DNA of 64,000 nt from a virus (IMGVR_UViG_2838967384_000001:1017-65016); one strand, 5' to 3'. Shown: positions 55,101 to 64,000, counted from the first letter of the stretch. Numbers and translations: made by a program. Notes: generated from the sequence alone by a model not told the origin.

Positions 55101-57762
55101 GCGCCACTCGATCGAACAACTGCAGGCCAACTCCGACCTGCTGGTGCCGATCAACCAGGGCATGCTGACGTCGCTGCAAGCGATCGAGGCATCGATGGTT
55201 GGCCTGACCAATCTGGTGGTGCGCACGCCAGGCCTGACCGACGGCACCAACATGGGTATTGCCACTGGGACGAGCGGCTTGGGTGGAATAGCCGGCACAA
55301 TTCAAGGCATCGCAGGCTCGATCCCTATCATTGGCGGCATTCTGGGGAAGGTGGCCTCGCTGTGGGGCAAGACATCGACCAGCATTGTCGACTCTGGTCT
55401 CCAATATGGCGGCAGCGTTCGCGGTCTGCAACAAGGGCAAGGATTCGGCCAGTACGCCAGCGTGGACACGACCACGTCCAGTTGGTTCGGCCTGTCGAAG
55501 TCGACCAGCAACTCCGTGCAGACCCAGGGGCTGAACGACGAGCTGTCGAAACAGTTCGGCCTGATCTTCACGAACCTGGACAAGTCGCTGCAGGCCGCCT
55601 CGGTGGCGCTGGGCGGTTCGGCTGCCGACGTGACCAAGGTGCTGGACAACCTGACTCTGGAAAGCACCAAGGTCTCGCTTAAGGGCTTGACCGGTACCGC
55701 GCTGACCGACGCGCTGAACTCCGTCATCTCGAAATCGATGGACGAGATCGCGTCCACCGCATTCCCTCAGATGGATCAGTTCCGCAAGGTGGGCGAGGGC
55801 TACGCCGAGACCGTCATGCGCATCGCCGGTGACTACGCCAAGCTCGACTCCATCCTGGCCGCGACAGGCACCACGTTCGGCGCCACCGGCATGGCCAGTA
55901 TCGGCGCGCGTGAGCATCTGATCGAGCTGGCAGGCGGCATCGACCAACTGAACAGCCAGACGAACTCGTTCTCGCAGAATTTCCTGTCGAAGGCTGAGCA
56001 GCTGGCGCCGGTGCAAAAGTACGTCACCGACCAGCTGGCGGCCATGGGCCTGCAAAGTATCACGACCCGCGATCAGTTCAAGGATGTCGTGCTGGGCCTG
56101 GCCAATTCTGGCGCCCTGGCTACCGAGGCCGGTGCGCAGCAGTACACCGCGCTGCTCGCCTTGGCCGACGCCTTCGCGAAGACCCATGCCGCGACGGTCG
56201 ATCTGACCAAGTCGGAGCAGGAGATTGCCGACGAGCGCAAGGACCTGCAATCCCAGTTGGATTCCTTGACCATGACCCAGGCCCAGCTGGCGGCGAAGGC
56301 GCGTGCGGCGATCGATGGACACAACTTGGCGCTGTATGACCAGGTGCAGGCGGCGCAGGCCGCGAAGGACTCGCTGACTGAAGCTGCAGCGATCCTCGAC
56401 CAGCAGGGGCAGATGTACGCGGCCACCGGCGACAAGGCCGGCCAAGCTGCCGTCCTGCTTGCTCAGCACCAGGCTGCGCTGGTCGGCCTGACGCCGGCGC
56501 TTGCTGCCGCAACCGAGGCTACATGGACAGCGCAGGCAACGCAGAAGGCAATCGCCGATGCTACCACTGAGCACAATGCAGTCCTAACGCAGCTGGCGGA
56601 TCTATATGCAGCCACTGGTGACAAGGTTGGTGCCGCCGCAGTGCTGGAACAACAGCATCAAGCCGCCCTCGTCGGCCTGACGCCAGCGGTATCAGCCGCC
56701 ACGCAAGCTACCTGGGCCGCCCAGGCGGCGCAGAAGGCCATGGCCGACGCCACGTCCGAGCACAACGCGATCCTGACTCAGCTGGCCGGCCTGTACGCCG
56801 CCACCGGTGATAAAGCGGCAGCGGCTGCCGTGCTTGAACAGCAGCACAACGCGGCGTTGGTCGGTCTGACGCCGGCACTGGCTGCGGCAACGCAGGCGAC
56901 TTGGGACGCCCAGGCAGCCGAGCAGGCCAAGAAGGATGCGCTGACGGAATCGAACTCGCTGTTGGCCGTTCAGGCGCAAATCTACGACGCAACCGGCGAC
57001 AAAGCCGGAGCGGCCGCCGTCTTGCAGAAGCAGCATGCTGCAGCTTTGGCGCTGCTGAGCCCAGCACTACAGGGCGCCACGCAGGAATTGTGGGCAGCTC
57101 AGGAAGCGGCGGGCGCGATCGCCAATGCGAAAGCCGCCACGCAATCCTTCGGCGATGCGCTTGCCAGCAGCATGACTGCCGCGACGAATGCCGCCGCAGC
57201 GTTTCGCGCCTTGAACGATACGCTGCTGATTGGTAGTTCGTCCGCACTGTCTCCGAAGCAGCAATATGCCGCCGCCCAGCAGCAATTTTCCACGGCAGAT
57301 GCATCGCATTTGCAGGCTGCCGAAACAGCGCTGCTGGCTGCGTCCAAAGCTGTCAACGGAAGTGGAATCGGGTATGCGCGGGACTTTGCGGCGGTCATCG
57401 CACGCAATAGCGCCGAGGCAGCATCTTCCGACGCTAGCGCAGCAGCAGCTCCCGGCATATGGAAAAGTTTCCTGGCGAGTCTCCCCGCACATGCTGGCGG
57501 CGGGATCGCTTCTGGTTGGTCGGTGGTTGGGGAGCAGGGGCCGGAGTTGGCCCACTTCAGCCAGCCAGCCCGTATCTATACCGCCAGCCAGACGCGCGAA
57601 ATGATGGGGGGCGGCTCTAGCGATGCGGCCGTGAAGGAAAACACCGCCGTGCTGCACCAGGTGCTCGCTGCCACTGTGGAAAACACGAAGCACGTCCGCA
57701 AAACCGCCGACATCTGGACTCGCGTCACTCGTGACGGCAATTCTCTGAAGACATCCACATGA
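52180..57762 (+). CDS. Tail tape measure protein
   Basis: 1860 aa, Ala-rich helical; C-terminal HAGGG...VGEQGPEL motif. Confidence 0.92.
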   Translation: MTDFASLGIQLDSRPLTDGAKAMDAVAEAAVRVDQRAASMNGQMNDTAKIMRAQAEQAKATASANAVLGNSTSQMTIGSQLFIEKLREQAATVGMSRSQLAAYQAAQLGVSREAEASVAKLKAYEDQVKALADAKAAAAKQTNVLTDAIKLLSAGYGALKLGEYIKDAALLAARYETLGVVSTVVGKNAGYTKTQMDTATDAIARQGITMIESRQSAIKLVQAHIDLTNATGLARIAQDAAVIGNINSSEAFDRLVNGVARGNVLILRNIGINVNLQSTYEQMAASLGKSSKELTENERVQARLNAVLERGTDIAGTYEAAMDTAGKQLKSMQRYTEDLKTVIGETFNEVLTIGVMALTDSLKDANHEVTELSKNNQLKDWGHGLAEVFVYLANKVSNASTVLQQAWAWADHKSAADDISAKYEAQIQDPKTQGAVFDVSGRNDRIRRIKSERDAALAEETVAYVTHQAELSSQYDRFSKAAAERETAMTAKHKAEADARLKVDQDYAAKATALLIANAGKSVEVQQAAQAALAKSVYVGTPTFRDTEGREPKAKVNQAESTELADRLARIQDLVAAEKQMYDTMSKMDDMFHAAGKMGDEEYYANKKSYLAAESKDQVDAYTKQIAEVAKYHSATEAEAAKNAKQISDISAKRATAEAKAQDEINLLDAKEFLRKDAIATASDDAMNKYLASLDQEAKKLEESNAAHETSKGAVERENIARLDAAIAAQQQFMAEQVLFGATDAELAQAPVILKYLEDVRAARARIASGMDQQQANQFKDKMADQAIKDWQRAGQSIADSLTSAFGAGGKALGGMFQAYAKGMEGQLRAQKDLAAAKKLADDNPEKIEAINRAQLAGAQSQIQGYAGMTSAAQGFFAEGSRGYQAMHAATVMLQGAEVALSLVKGVNAVLTQGEGDPYTAFVRMAAMAAIVTGLGVALSGGGGGGGGQSAAEVQKSQGTGSVFGDSSAKSDSVRHSIEQLQANSDLLVPINQGMLTSLQAIEASMVGLTNLVVRTPGLTDGTNMGIATGTSGLGGIAGTIQGIAGSIPIIGGILGKVASLWGKTSTSIVDSGLQYGGSVRGLQQGQGFGQYASVDTTTSSWFGLSKSTSNSVQTQGLNDELSKQFGLIFTNLDKSLQAASVALGGSAADVTKVLDNLTLESTKVSLKGLTGTALTDALNSVISKSMDEIASTAFPQMDQFRKVGEGYAETVMRIAGDYAKLDSILAATGTTFGATGMASIGAREHLIELAGGIDQLNSQTNSFSQNFLSKAEQLAPVQKYVTDQLAAMGLQSITTRDQFKDVVLGLANSGALATEAGAQQYTALLALADAFAKTHAATVDLTKSEQEIADERKDLQSQLDSLTMTQAQLAAKARAAIDGHNLALYDQVQAAQAAKDSLTEAAAILDQQGQMYAATGDKAGQAAVLLAQHQAALVGLTPALAAATEATWTAQATQKAIADATTEHNAVLTQLADLYAATGDKVGAAAVLEQQHQAALVGLTPAVSAATQATWAAQAAQKAMADATSEHNAILTQLAGLYAATGDKAAAAAVLEQQHNAALVGLTPALAAATQATWDAQAAEQAKKDALTESNSLLAVQAQIYDATGDKAGAAAVLQKQHAAALALLSPALQGATQELWAAQEAAGAIANAKAATQSFGDALASSMTAATNAAAAFRALNDTLLIGSSSALSPKQQYAAAQQQFSTADASHLQAAETALLAASKAVNGSGIGYARDFAAVIARNSAEAASSDASAAAAPGIWKSFLASLPAHAGGGIASGWSVVGEQGPELAHFSQPARIYTASQTREMMGGGSSDAAVKENTAVLHQVLAATVENTKHVRKTADIWTRVTRDGNSLKTST
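56400..57110 (+). repeat. Four 189-bp (63-aa) tandem repeats within the tape measure gene
   Basis: Y(A/D)ATGDK recurs at 56416, 56605, 56794 and 56983. Confidence 0.9.
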
Positions 57763-58823
57763 GCATGAAAGTTATCCCGCCGCTGGCGATTACCGACGCC
57801 ATGCTGACAAGCACGAGCGCAGTGGAGACGGCGCCGGCCCTATATGCCGGCGGCACCACCTATGCGCTGAACGCAACCGCTGGCGTGGCTGGTGCCGCCG
57901 GATTGATCACGATCTACAAGTCGCTCCAGGGCTCCAATACCGGTCACGCACCGGCCAGCTCTCCTACTTGGTGGGTGAGCATTGGAACGACTTATCAGGT
58001 CTATGCCGGCGGCACCACCTATGCTCTTGCTGATCGTGTCATCGACAACGTCGCACACCTGGTCTATGAATCACTGATCGGGGGTAATGTCGGCAACGTG
58101 CTGTCCGATGGCGCGAAGTGGAAAGCGATCGGCCCGACGAATCCATGGGCGATGTTTGACACGTTGCGAAACACGGCGACGACGGTCCCGGCCGGCACGC
58201 TCACAGCCACAATCACGCCTGGGGTGCGAATCGACTCCTTGGCGCTTCTTGGTCTTTCGGCAACCTCGGCCACGATCACGGTGACAGTTGCTGGGGTGAC
58301 GCAATACTCCAAGACCGTCAATCTGAATTTGCGATATGTGGCCAACTGGTACGACTACTACTTCGCTCCATTCAAAACGCAAAACAGCCTCGTGGTGTTT
58401 GATATTCCGCCATATTCCAATGGGGTAATAACTATCACTCTGACGAACTTGACTGGAAATGTCGCCTGTGGCGCTTGCGTAATGGGCATGCAAGTGGATA
58501 TAGGCGATGTGCAATATTCCGCAGAATCGGACGCGTTGAATTTCTCTACGGTCGACCGTACCACTGACGGGACCGCCACTCTTATTCCAAGTCGAAACGT
58601 CCCCAAGACCATCTCAAGTATTTGGCTGGACAAGAAATTCGTCAATCAGGCGCGCAGCTTGCGCGATTCATTGAATGGTTCGACAGCGGTCTGGGCAGGC
58701 CTGGACGACGATACCCAAGAATATTTCGAGGCATTGCTGATCCTGGGCTTCTACCGTCGCTTCACGATCAATTTGCAGTACCCAGATTTCGCCATCATCT
58801 CTTTAGAATTAGAGGAAGTTTAA
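57759..58823 (+). CDS. Tail tip / distal tail protein with carbohydrate-binding-like repeats
   Basis: Duplicated YAGGTTYAL motif; GPTNPWAMFD; follows the tape measure gene. Confidence 0.65.
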   Translation: MSMKVIPPLAITDAMLTSTSAVETAPALYAGGTTYALNATAGVAGAAGLITIYKSLQGSNTGHAPASSPTWWVSIGTTYQVYAGGTTYALADRVIDNVAHLVYESLIGGNVGNVLSDGAKWKAIGPTNPWAMFDTLRNTATTVPAGTLTATITPGVRIDSLALLGLSATSATITVTVAGVTQYSKTVNLNLRYVANWYDYYFAPFKTQNSLVVFDIPPYSNGVITITLTNLTGNVACGACVMGMQVDIGDVQYSAESDALNFSTVDRTTDGTATLIPSRNVPKTISSIWLDKKFVNQARSLRDSLNGSTAVWAGLDDDTQEYFEALLILGFYRRFTINLQYPDFAIISLELEEV

Positions 58824-59648
58824 ATGTCCCAGACAGCTCCTACCCCAGTTGACGCTCTGCCTACGCCGCCGTCCACTTCCAGTCCCGCAACCTTTCCGAC
58901 CGATGGGGATAATTGGGTTGCCGCGCAGCCTAATTTTCGCAGTCAGCTCAACGCACTTGGCAGCGTAACCTACAACAATGCGGTCGATGCCTATAACAAC
59001 TCCGTGATCGCAAGCGCGCAGTCAGCGGCTGCAATCGCTGCTGTGAACGCTCCTGCTTGGGCAGCTGGCACCTATGTTGCAGGAAACGTTCGATATAGCC
59101 CAGCCGACGGCCGTACCTATCGCTGCTATGTTGGAGTGACCGGGTCTACCGATCCATCGGCAGACCCGACGCATTGGTCATGTGCTTCCGCCGGACAGTT
59201 CCCATATCTGCACGTACGCGAAGAGCAATCAAGCGGGACAGCAGGTGGGTCTTCGGGGGCAACAACGACCCAAGTCCGAACGCTGAATACTGTGGTTGGC
59301 GCCAATACCATCCCTGGCGCATCGCTCTCAGCCAACAAGGTTACCCTGCCGGCTGGGACATATGAATTCGTCGCGAAGGCTCCGACGAACCAAACGGGTG
59401 TTACGCGCCTTACTCTGCGGAATGATACCGACTCATCCGACATCATGATTGGCGACAACAACAATGCCGGCAGCTCAAGCAGTTTTGTGATCTGGAACAG
59501 AGTCGAGGGAAAATTTACCATTTCTGCGACGAAGGATATTAAGCTCAATCACTATACCCAATCAGCAGTTTCATCAGTCGGCCTTGGATCTGCAACGTCC
59601 CTGGGAACTGAGGTTTATTCATCGCTTCAGCTTTGGAAAGTCGCATAA
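58824..59648 (+). CDS. Short tail fibre / receptor-binding protein candidate
   Basis: PTPPSTSSPATF N-terminus, TDPSADPTHW, beta-rich C-terminus with TLPAGTY. Confidence 0.6.
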   Translation: MSQTAPTPVDALPTPPSTSSPATFPTDGDNWVAAQPNFRSQLNALGSVTYNNAVDAYNNSVIASAQSAAAIAAVNAPAWAAGTYVAGNVRYSPADGRTYRCYVGVTGSTDPSADPTHWSCASAGQFPYLHVREEQSSGTAGGSSGATTTQVRTLNTVVGANTIPGASLSANKVTLPAGTYEFVAKAPTNQTGVTRLTLRNDTDSSDIMIGDNNNAGSSSSFVIWNRVEGKFTISATKDIKLNHYTQSAVSSVGLGSATSLGTEVYSSLQLWKVA

Positions 59649-60100
59649 TGGAATATGTAACCTACGCGCCAGATGGCGCACTTACTGGCAGCTATAGCCA
59701 GGATCTGGCGCCCGAGCATGCTGAATGCTTCATCGAGGTTACTTCGGAACAGCGCGCCAACTGGACCCTTTTCCGCGCCAATGCCGCGCGGAATGGAATC
59801 GAACTGATCGGCGCACCTCCTGTCCCGTCGATCACGATTGAGCAGTGCACTGCTGCCATCCAGGCGATGCTGGATGACGAGGCCAAGACGCGGCGCTACT
59901 ACGGCATCATCTCGGCATGCACCTACGCCACCAGCACCAATGCCACATTCAAGGACGAGGCGCTGGCATGCGTCGCCTGGCGCGACTGCGTGTGGGCGGC
60001 GGCGTATTCCATCCTGGCTGAGGTCCAAGCTGGTACGCGTGCTGCTCCGACAGTGTCCGAACTGCTCACGCTGATGCCCGCCATGACCTGGCCGACCTGA
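59648..60100 (+). CDS. Tail fibre assembly-like protein
   Basis: IQAMLDDEAKTRRY...ACVAWRDCVW. Confidence 0.6.
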   Translation: MEYVTYAPDGALTGSYSQDLAPEHAECFIEVTSEQRANWTLFRANAARNGIELIGAPPVPSITIEQCTAAIQAMLDDEAKTRRYYGIISACTYATSTNATFKDEALACVAWRDCVWAAAYSILAEVQAGTRAAPTVSELLTLMPAMTWPT

Positions 60101-60129
60101 TTTTAACCATCCTCATACTCATCCCCATC

Positions 60130-60156
60130 GAACCCGCTCCGGCGGGTTTTTTTACG
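60130..60156 (+). terminator. Intrinsic terminator
   Basis: AACCCGCTCCGGCGGGTTTTTTT, same sequence as at 42706. Confidence 0.7.
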
Positions 60157-60171
60157 TCTGGAGAAAAATCC

Positions 60172-60705
60172 ATGATAGCTGTAACGCAAGATCACGAGCA
60201 GCGCGAGACACTGGCCGTCGAGTACAACATCCCAGGCCATGATCCGCGCGGCGCGGCATCGGCGCTCTTCACGCGCACGCGCCTGGCGCTGATCGAGCGC
60301 GAGGGCGGCAAGTGCTGGCTGTCCAGCCTCACCGCGGCCGACCTGGGCCCACTGGAGGCCCACCACTATCCGATCGAGCGCTGCTTCGCCGAGGGTGTCG
60401 ACTGGCCGCGCTTCTCGAATGACTGCAAGTTCGGGCTGTGGGGGCCGCATGCGCAGACCTTCGACTGGGAGGCCTTCTTCGCCGGCGCCGCGCCGGATGC
60501 ATCCGGCCGCATGGTACCGGTTGACCCGTATCTGTTCGTAGACGACATGACCGTCAATGGCCGGCTGCTGGGCAAGCAGTACCACACCGGCAAGGACGAG
60601 GGCGTGCACATGCTGCCCGAGCCGATCTGGCTGGCGCAGAAGTACATGGTGGAGGGCTACCAGTTCTCCGGTGCTGAGGTGATCCACCACGCGCAGGAGG
60701 CCTGA
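60172..60705 (+). CDS. Hypothetical protein, HNH-like His pattern
   Basis: KCWL...LEAHH...NGRLLGKQYH...GVH. Confidence 0.45.
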   Translation: MIAVTQDHEQRETLAVEYNIPGHDPRGAASALFTRTRLALIEREGGKCWLSSLTAADLGPLEAHHYPIERCFAEGVDWPRFSNDCKFGLWGPHAQTFDWEAFFAGAAPDASGRMVPVDPYLFVDDMTVNGRLLGKQYHTGKDEGVHMLPEPIWLAQKYMVEGYQFSGAEVIHHAQEA

Positions 60706-61031
60706 TGGACAAAGATTCCTTCGAGCTGGTCCGCCTGATTATCGAGTTGGTCGTCGGCCTGCTCGTCACGCCGTTCGCCCTCGTGCTGTGGTGGATGCTG
60801 CGCAAGCTAGTCGCCGACGTGGCGACACTGGAGCGCGCAGGCCAGGAGCGCCATGCCATGCAGGAGCAGCGCTTGGCCGAATACAAGCTGCATGCTGCCG
60901 AGAACTTCAGCACAAAAAACGACCTGGGCGCCGCGATGTCCCAGGTGAGCCGTTCGATTGATGCGGTCTTCGGGAAACTGGAGCGCATCGAGGACAAGCT
61001 CGACGGCAAGGCCGACAAGGCGCACTCATGA
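60705..61031 (+). CDS. Single-TM coiled-coil lysis protein (holin/antiholin-like)
   Basis: N-terminal TM plus LERIEDKLDGKADK; upstream of endolysin. Confidence 0.55.
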   Translation: MDKDSFELVRLIIELVVGLLVTPFALVLWWMLRKLVADVATLERAGQERHAMQEQRLAEYKLHAAENFSTKNDLGAAMSQVSRSIDAVFGKLERIEDKLDGKADKAHS

Positions 61032-61486
61032 AGCCGGCCGACTTTATCGCCGCCATCGCGCCGGCCGCGCGCGCATCGATGGCGCTGACCGGCATCCCAG
61101 CTTCGTTCACGATCGCTCAGGCCGCGCTGGAATCGGGCTGGGGCTCGTCGAAGACGGCCGCCAACGCGCGAAATCTTTTCAACATCAAGGCGGATGCTGG
61201 CTGGCATGGCCCTTTCTGGGAGATGGCCAGCACCGAGGTAATCAACGGCAAGAGCATGCTGGTGCCGGCCCGCTGGCGCCTGTATCCGGACTGGCAGGCG
61301 TGCTTCGACGACCGCGCGAAGTTCTTCTCCACGAACAAGCGGTACGCGGCCTGCTTCAAGGCCGTTGGCGGCGAAGCCTGGGCGCGCGTGGTGCACGCGG
61401 CGGGGTACGCCACCGATCCGGCCTACGCCGACAAGATCATCGCGACCATGCGGTCGCGAAACCTCCAGCAGTTCGACAAACCGTAA
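61028..61486 (+). CDS. Endolysin, GH73 glucosaminidase (FlgJ-like)
   Basis: IAQAALESGWG, NLFNIKA, AGYATDPAYADKI. Confidence 0.92.
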   Translation: MKPADFIAAIAPAARASMALTGIPASFTIAQAALESGWGSSKTAANARNLFNIKADAGWHGPFWEMASTEVINGKSMLVPARWRLYPDWQACFDDRAKFFSTNKRYAACFKAVGGEAWARVVHAAGYATDPAYADKIIATMRSRNLQQFDKP

Positions 61487-61498
61487 AGGGGCATCACC

Positions 61499-62140
61499 AT
61501 GAATCGTCAATGGGCAGTTCAGATTTTTTCGTTGCTTGCTATCGCAGCAGGCGTTTTCATTTCCTACTTCCCGCCGGCGCACAATGCCGAGGCGATGTGG
61601 ACGCTGATCGGCAGCTTCCTCGGCTATGGCATCCGCGACCTGTTCGCACCGGGCGGCCTGGCTGGCTCGATCCTGGTGCCAGGCGCGTCGTCCACGCCGC
61701 CGGGCGGGCAGGGCGGCTTCGCCCGCGCCGGCATGCTGCTGGTGATCGCCATGCTGGCAGCCGGCGCCATGGCGCTGACCGGGTGCGCGACCCCGGCGCC
61801 CGGCGCGCCGAAGGCATCGCCACAGCAGGTACTGGCCCAAGTCTGCCCGGCCGCCCAGATTACCGTCGCCTCGCTTTCGGTGCTGCGCGGCTTGTCGACC
61901 GAAGCCCATGACGACCTGGCGGTGGCATTGCCCATCGTCGACGCGGTATGCGCCGCCGGCGCGACAGTCGATATCGCCAGCCTGAAGGCGCTGAACGACA
62001 CGGCGTTGCCGGCGCTGATCAGGATCGTGGAGACGGCGCCGCTGCAACCGGGCGTGCACGACCAGATCGTGTTGGGCCTGACCGTCGGCCAGATCGTGCT
62101 GGCCGGAGCGTTGCAGGCTTCGGGGCCGGTGGCGCCGTGA
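61499..62140 (+). CDS. Membrane protein with internal lipoprotein signal (holin-lipoprotein fusion candidate)
   Basis: Two N-terminal TMs, then QGGFARAGMLLVIAMLAAGAMALTGC. Confidence 0.6.
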   Translation: MNRQWAVQIFSLLAIAAGVFISYFPPAHNAEAMWTLIGSFLGYGIRDLFAPGGLAGSILVPGASSTPPGGQGGFARAGMLLVIAMLAAGAMALTGCATPAPGAPKASPQQVLAQVCPAAQITVASLSVLRGLSTEAHDDLAVALPIVDAVCAAGATVDIASLKALNDTALPALIRIVETAPLQPGVHDQIVLGLTVGQIVLAGALQASGPVAP

Positions 62141-62421
62141 AAGCTGTCGCCATCCTGCTGATGGCCAGTCTGGCCGGCTGCGCCAGCGTGCAGCAGGCCA
62201 TGAACGGCTACGAGTCCGCCGCCGGTGTGTCGCTGCGCGCCGCCCAGGACAATGCCATCGAGGTCTGGAAGTTCGCCGGCTGCGCCACGCCGTACAGCGC
62301 TGTGTTGCGTAACCCGCAGATTCTGCCAGCCCTGCGCGCCCTGTGCGGGCCGCTGCCGATGTTCGACCAGGTGTCGGCGCCGCCGGTTTATGCAATGCCA
62401 CCACGGAGCCAAACGCCATGA
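62137..62421 (+). CDS. Lipoprotein (o-spanin-like candidate)
   Basis: GTG start; KAVAILLMASLAGC lipobox. Confidence 0.65.
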   Translation: MKAVAILLMASLAGCASVQQAMNGYESAAGVSLRAAQDNAIEVWKFAGCATPYSAVLRNPQILPALRALCGPLPMFDQVSAPPVYAMPPRSQTP

Positions 62422-62792
62422 GCCAATTCCTCACCAAGTTGCAGCTGGAAGTGGCCGACAATACGGACGACGGCAAGTGGGTGCTGACGGCGGCGCTGAT
62501 TTACCAGTCCGACGTCGCGAAGCGAACCTTCGTCGTTCCCAAGGGGTTCCAGACCGATCTGGCCAGCGTGCCGCGCTTGCCGGTGATCTTCCTGCTGACC
62601 GGCGACACGTCGAACCAGGCGGCGGCCGTGCACGACTACCTCTACAGCTCGCACGAAGTGTCCCGCGAGATGGCGGACGCGGTGCTGCGTGAGGCATCGG
62701 AGGTGACCGGTGTGCCGGCTTGGCGCCGGTGGCTCATGTGGGCGGGCGTGCGTGCCGGCGGCGCATTGCACTGGGAGCCGGCAGGTACGTAG
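62418..62792 (+). CDS. DUF1353 family protein
   Basis: VPKGFQTDLASVPR, AAAVHDYLY, WAGVRAGG. Confidence 0.88.
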   Translation: MSQFLTKLQLEVADNTDDGKWVLTAALIYQSDVAKRTFVVPKGFQTDLASVPRLPVIFLLTGDTSNQAAAVHDYLYSSHEVSREMADAVLREASEVTGVPAWRRWLMWAGVRAGGALHWEPAGT

Positions 62793-62857
62793 GTTGTTGT
62801 CCGGGCAGAGTTGATTAATATCAATATCGAAGGGCCACGCGGGCATACTATCGTTGC

Positions 62858-63079
62858 ATGGCCACGGTATCCCACCTCGCGATTGTTGAACAACCCCACT
62901 GCCGCCGTAGCGATCGGCTGACGGCGCAGAAGGTTGAAGTCGGCATCGTATTTCAAGAGATGCTCGGCACGGAAGATGCGGCCGAGTACTTCGCCACCTA
63001 CAATTTGCCAGCGCAGATCGTCGAGCGGATTTTAGGCGGTATAAAGCGCCGACGGCGAAATGTTGACTGCTGGCGTTAG
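62858..63079 (+). CDS. Small hypothetical protein
   Basis: ORF after an AT-rich promoter-like gap. Confidence 0.45.
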   Translation: MATVSHLAIVEQPHCRRSDRLTAQKVEVGIVFQEMLGTEDAAEYFATYNLPAQIVERILGGIKRRRRNVDCWR

Positions 63080-63307
63080 ACTAGTCGGCGGCGCGCTCGA
63101 CCACCACTAGGTCGCCGGCGCGGTAGACCTCGAACCGCTCCTCGCCGTCCTCCTTCCAAGTGCAGTACACTCCGTTGCGGACGCCTTCCCAGTCGTGCTG
63201 ATCTCCCAGCTCTGAGGCCTCGACCAGCATCTTCCTGCCAGTCGGGCAGCCGCGCTGGCGCACGATATCCCCATCCCTTGGTGGTTTTGCATCCATCATC
63301 TTCTCCG

Positions 63308-64000
63308 TCACAATCCCAAATCCAATGTGTCCGGCGCCGGCGCGGCCTTCTTCGAGCGCGGCGGCGCCGGGTATTCCCACGACGTCATCAGCTCGGCGGG
63401 GTAGGGGCGCAGGAAGCTGCGCGCCCGCTCAGGATCCGTGCATTCCAGCCAGTCATCCCATTCCGCCTGAGGCACGATCACCAGGGCGCGCTTCTCGTCG
63501 CCCGACTTGTGAAAGCGGCGCATCAGCGGGTGGTCATCGGCGTTCATCGTCAGCTGGGTGAACGACGCGGCTTTGCCTTCCTCACCTTCCCACTCCCTCC
63601 ACAGGCCGGCCACCGCGAACATCGACTGGTCCGCCATCCCGATACCCCATCGCACAGCTTTGCCGCTTTCGTAGCAGGGCTCATAAAACGCAGTCATAGG
63701 CACCAGGCATAGCTGCGTTTTCTTCCAGGCGCCAGAGAACGAGCGGAGCTGGCCGACGGTCTCGGCGCGCGCGTTCATTGTGTCGAAGGGTCGAACGCTT
63801 GGCGGTATCCGGTTGCGCGGCACCATGCCGTAGGTGGCCAGCATGCCTTCGCGGCCACCGTCGGCGCCGCGGCGCACCACCGGCGCGGCGTAATCCTTCC
63901 ATGCCTCAGCTTTCCAGAACCCGTTGTCATGCAGGTCGATGACGACGCCCATCACGGCGAGGAGCATATCTGGGTCAGGCGGGCGGAAGTTGACGCACAT
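63308..64000 (-). CDS. SOS response-associated peptidase (SRAP/YedK/HMCES family)
   Basis: N-terminal MC, TMNARAET, CLVPMTAFYE, AVAGLW, MRRFH. Confidence 0.9.
   Translation of the reverse strand: MCVNFRPPDPDMLLAVMGVVIDLHDNGFWKAEAWKDYAAPVVRRGADGGREGMLATYGMVPRNRIPPSVRPFDTMNARAETVGQLRSFSGAWKKTQLCLVPMTAFYEPCYESGKAVRWGIGMADQSMFAVAGLWREWEGEEGKAASFTQLTMNADDHPLMRRFHKSGDEKRALVIVPQAEWDDWLECTDPERARSFLRPYPAELMTSWEYPAPPRSKKAAPAPDTLDLGL

Larger units (their letters stand above)
1..64000. mobile_element. Lambdoid siphovirus-like prophage (integrase truncated at left edge; att sites not visible)
   Basis: Gene order int-xis-recombination-cI/cro-replication-Q-terminase-portal-head-tail-lysis spans the window. 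Confidence 0.95.

Noticed and set aside
51925-56574. 1549-aa minus-strand ORF
   Set aside because: Antisense shadow of the tape measure gene; no domain features.
60554-62476. 640-aa minus-strand ORF
   Set aside because: Arg-rich shadow of the lysis genes.

Overview
The window is almost entirely one lambdoid, siphovirus-like prophage from a high-GC proteobacterium. A betaproteobacterial host such as Oxalobacteraceae is my inference from protein style only. Left to right it contains: the integrase N-terminus and xis; a leftward early operon (RdgC, NinB, YqaJ/RecT); an immunity region with a peptidase-less repressor, cro and five 14-bp operators; a rightward early operon (Rha/antirepressor, two DNA methyltransferases, NinG, O/P-like replication genes, Q-like antiterminator); a tRNA cluster; terminase, portal, head, tail and lysis genes; and a terminal SRAP gene. 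The main result is a complete diversity-generating retroelement (avd, TR, RT) inside the early-left operon. Its single 107-109 bp template matches THREE variable regions at the 3' ends of three small, apparently non-virion DUF1566/CLec-like genes: one adjacent, one about 8 kb away, and one about 15 kb away on the opposite strand. All 35 TR/VR mismatches I counted by hand fall at TR adenines. Each VR is followed, 5 nt later, by a near-identical 21-bp AT-rich direct-repeat element that the TR lacks. I found no VR in the tail genes. Other leads: a ~370-nt structured non-coding element with ColE1-origin-like features, alongside an O-like initiator that seems to lack its DNA-binding domain; an unannotated repressor-mimic ORF; a tRNA-like RNA with an expanded anticodon arm; a capsid protein with a signal-peptide-like extension; a minimal kinase among the neck genes; and a holin-lipoprotein fusion. 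All family calls come from motif recognition by eye, not database searches.
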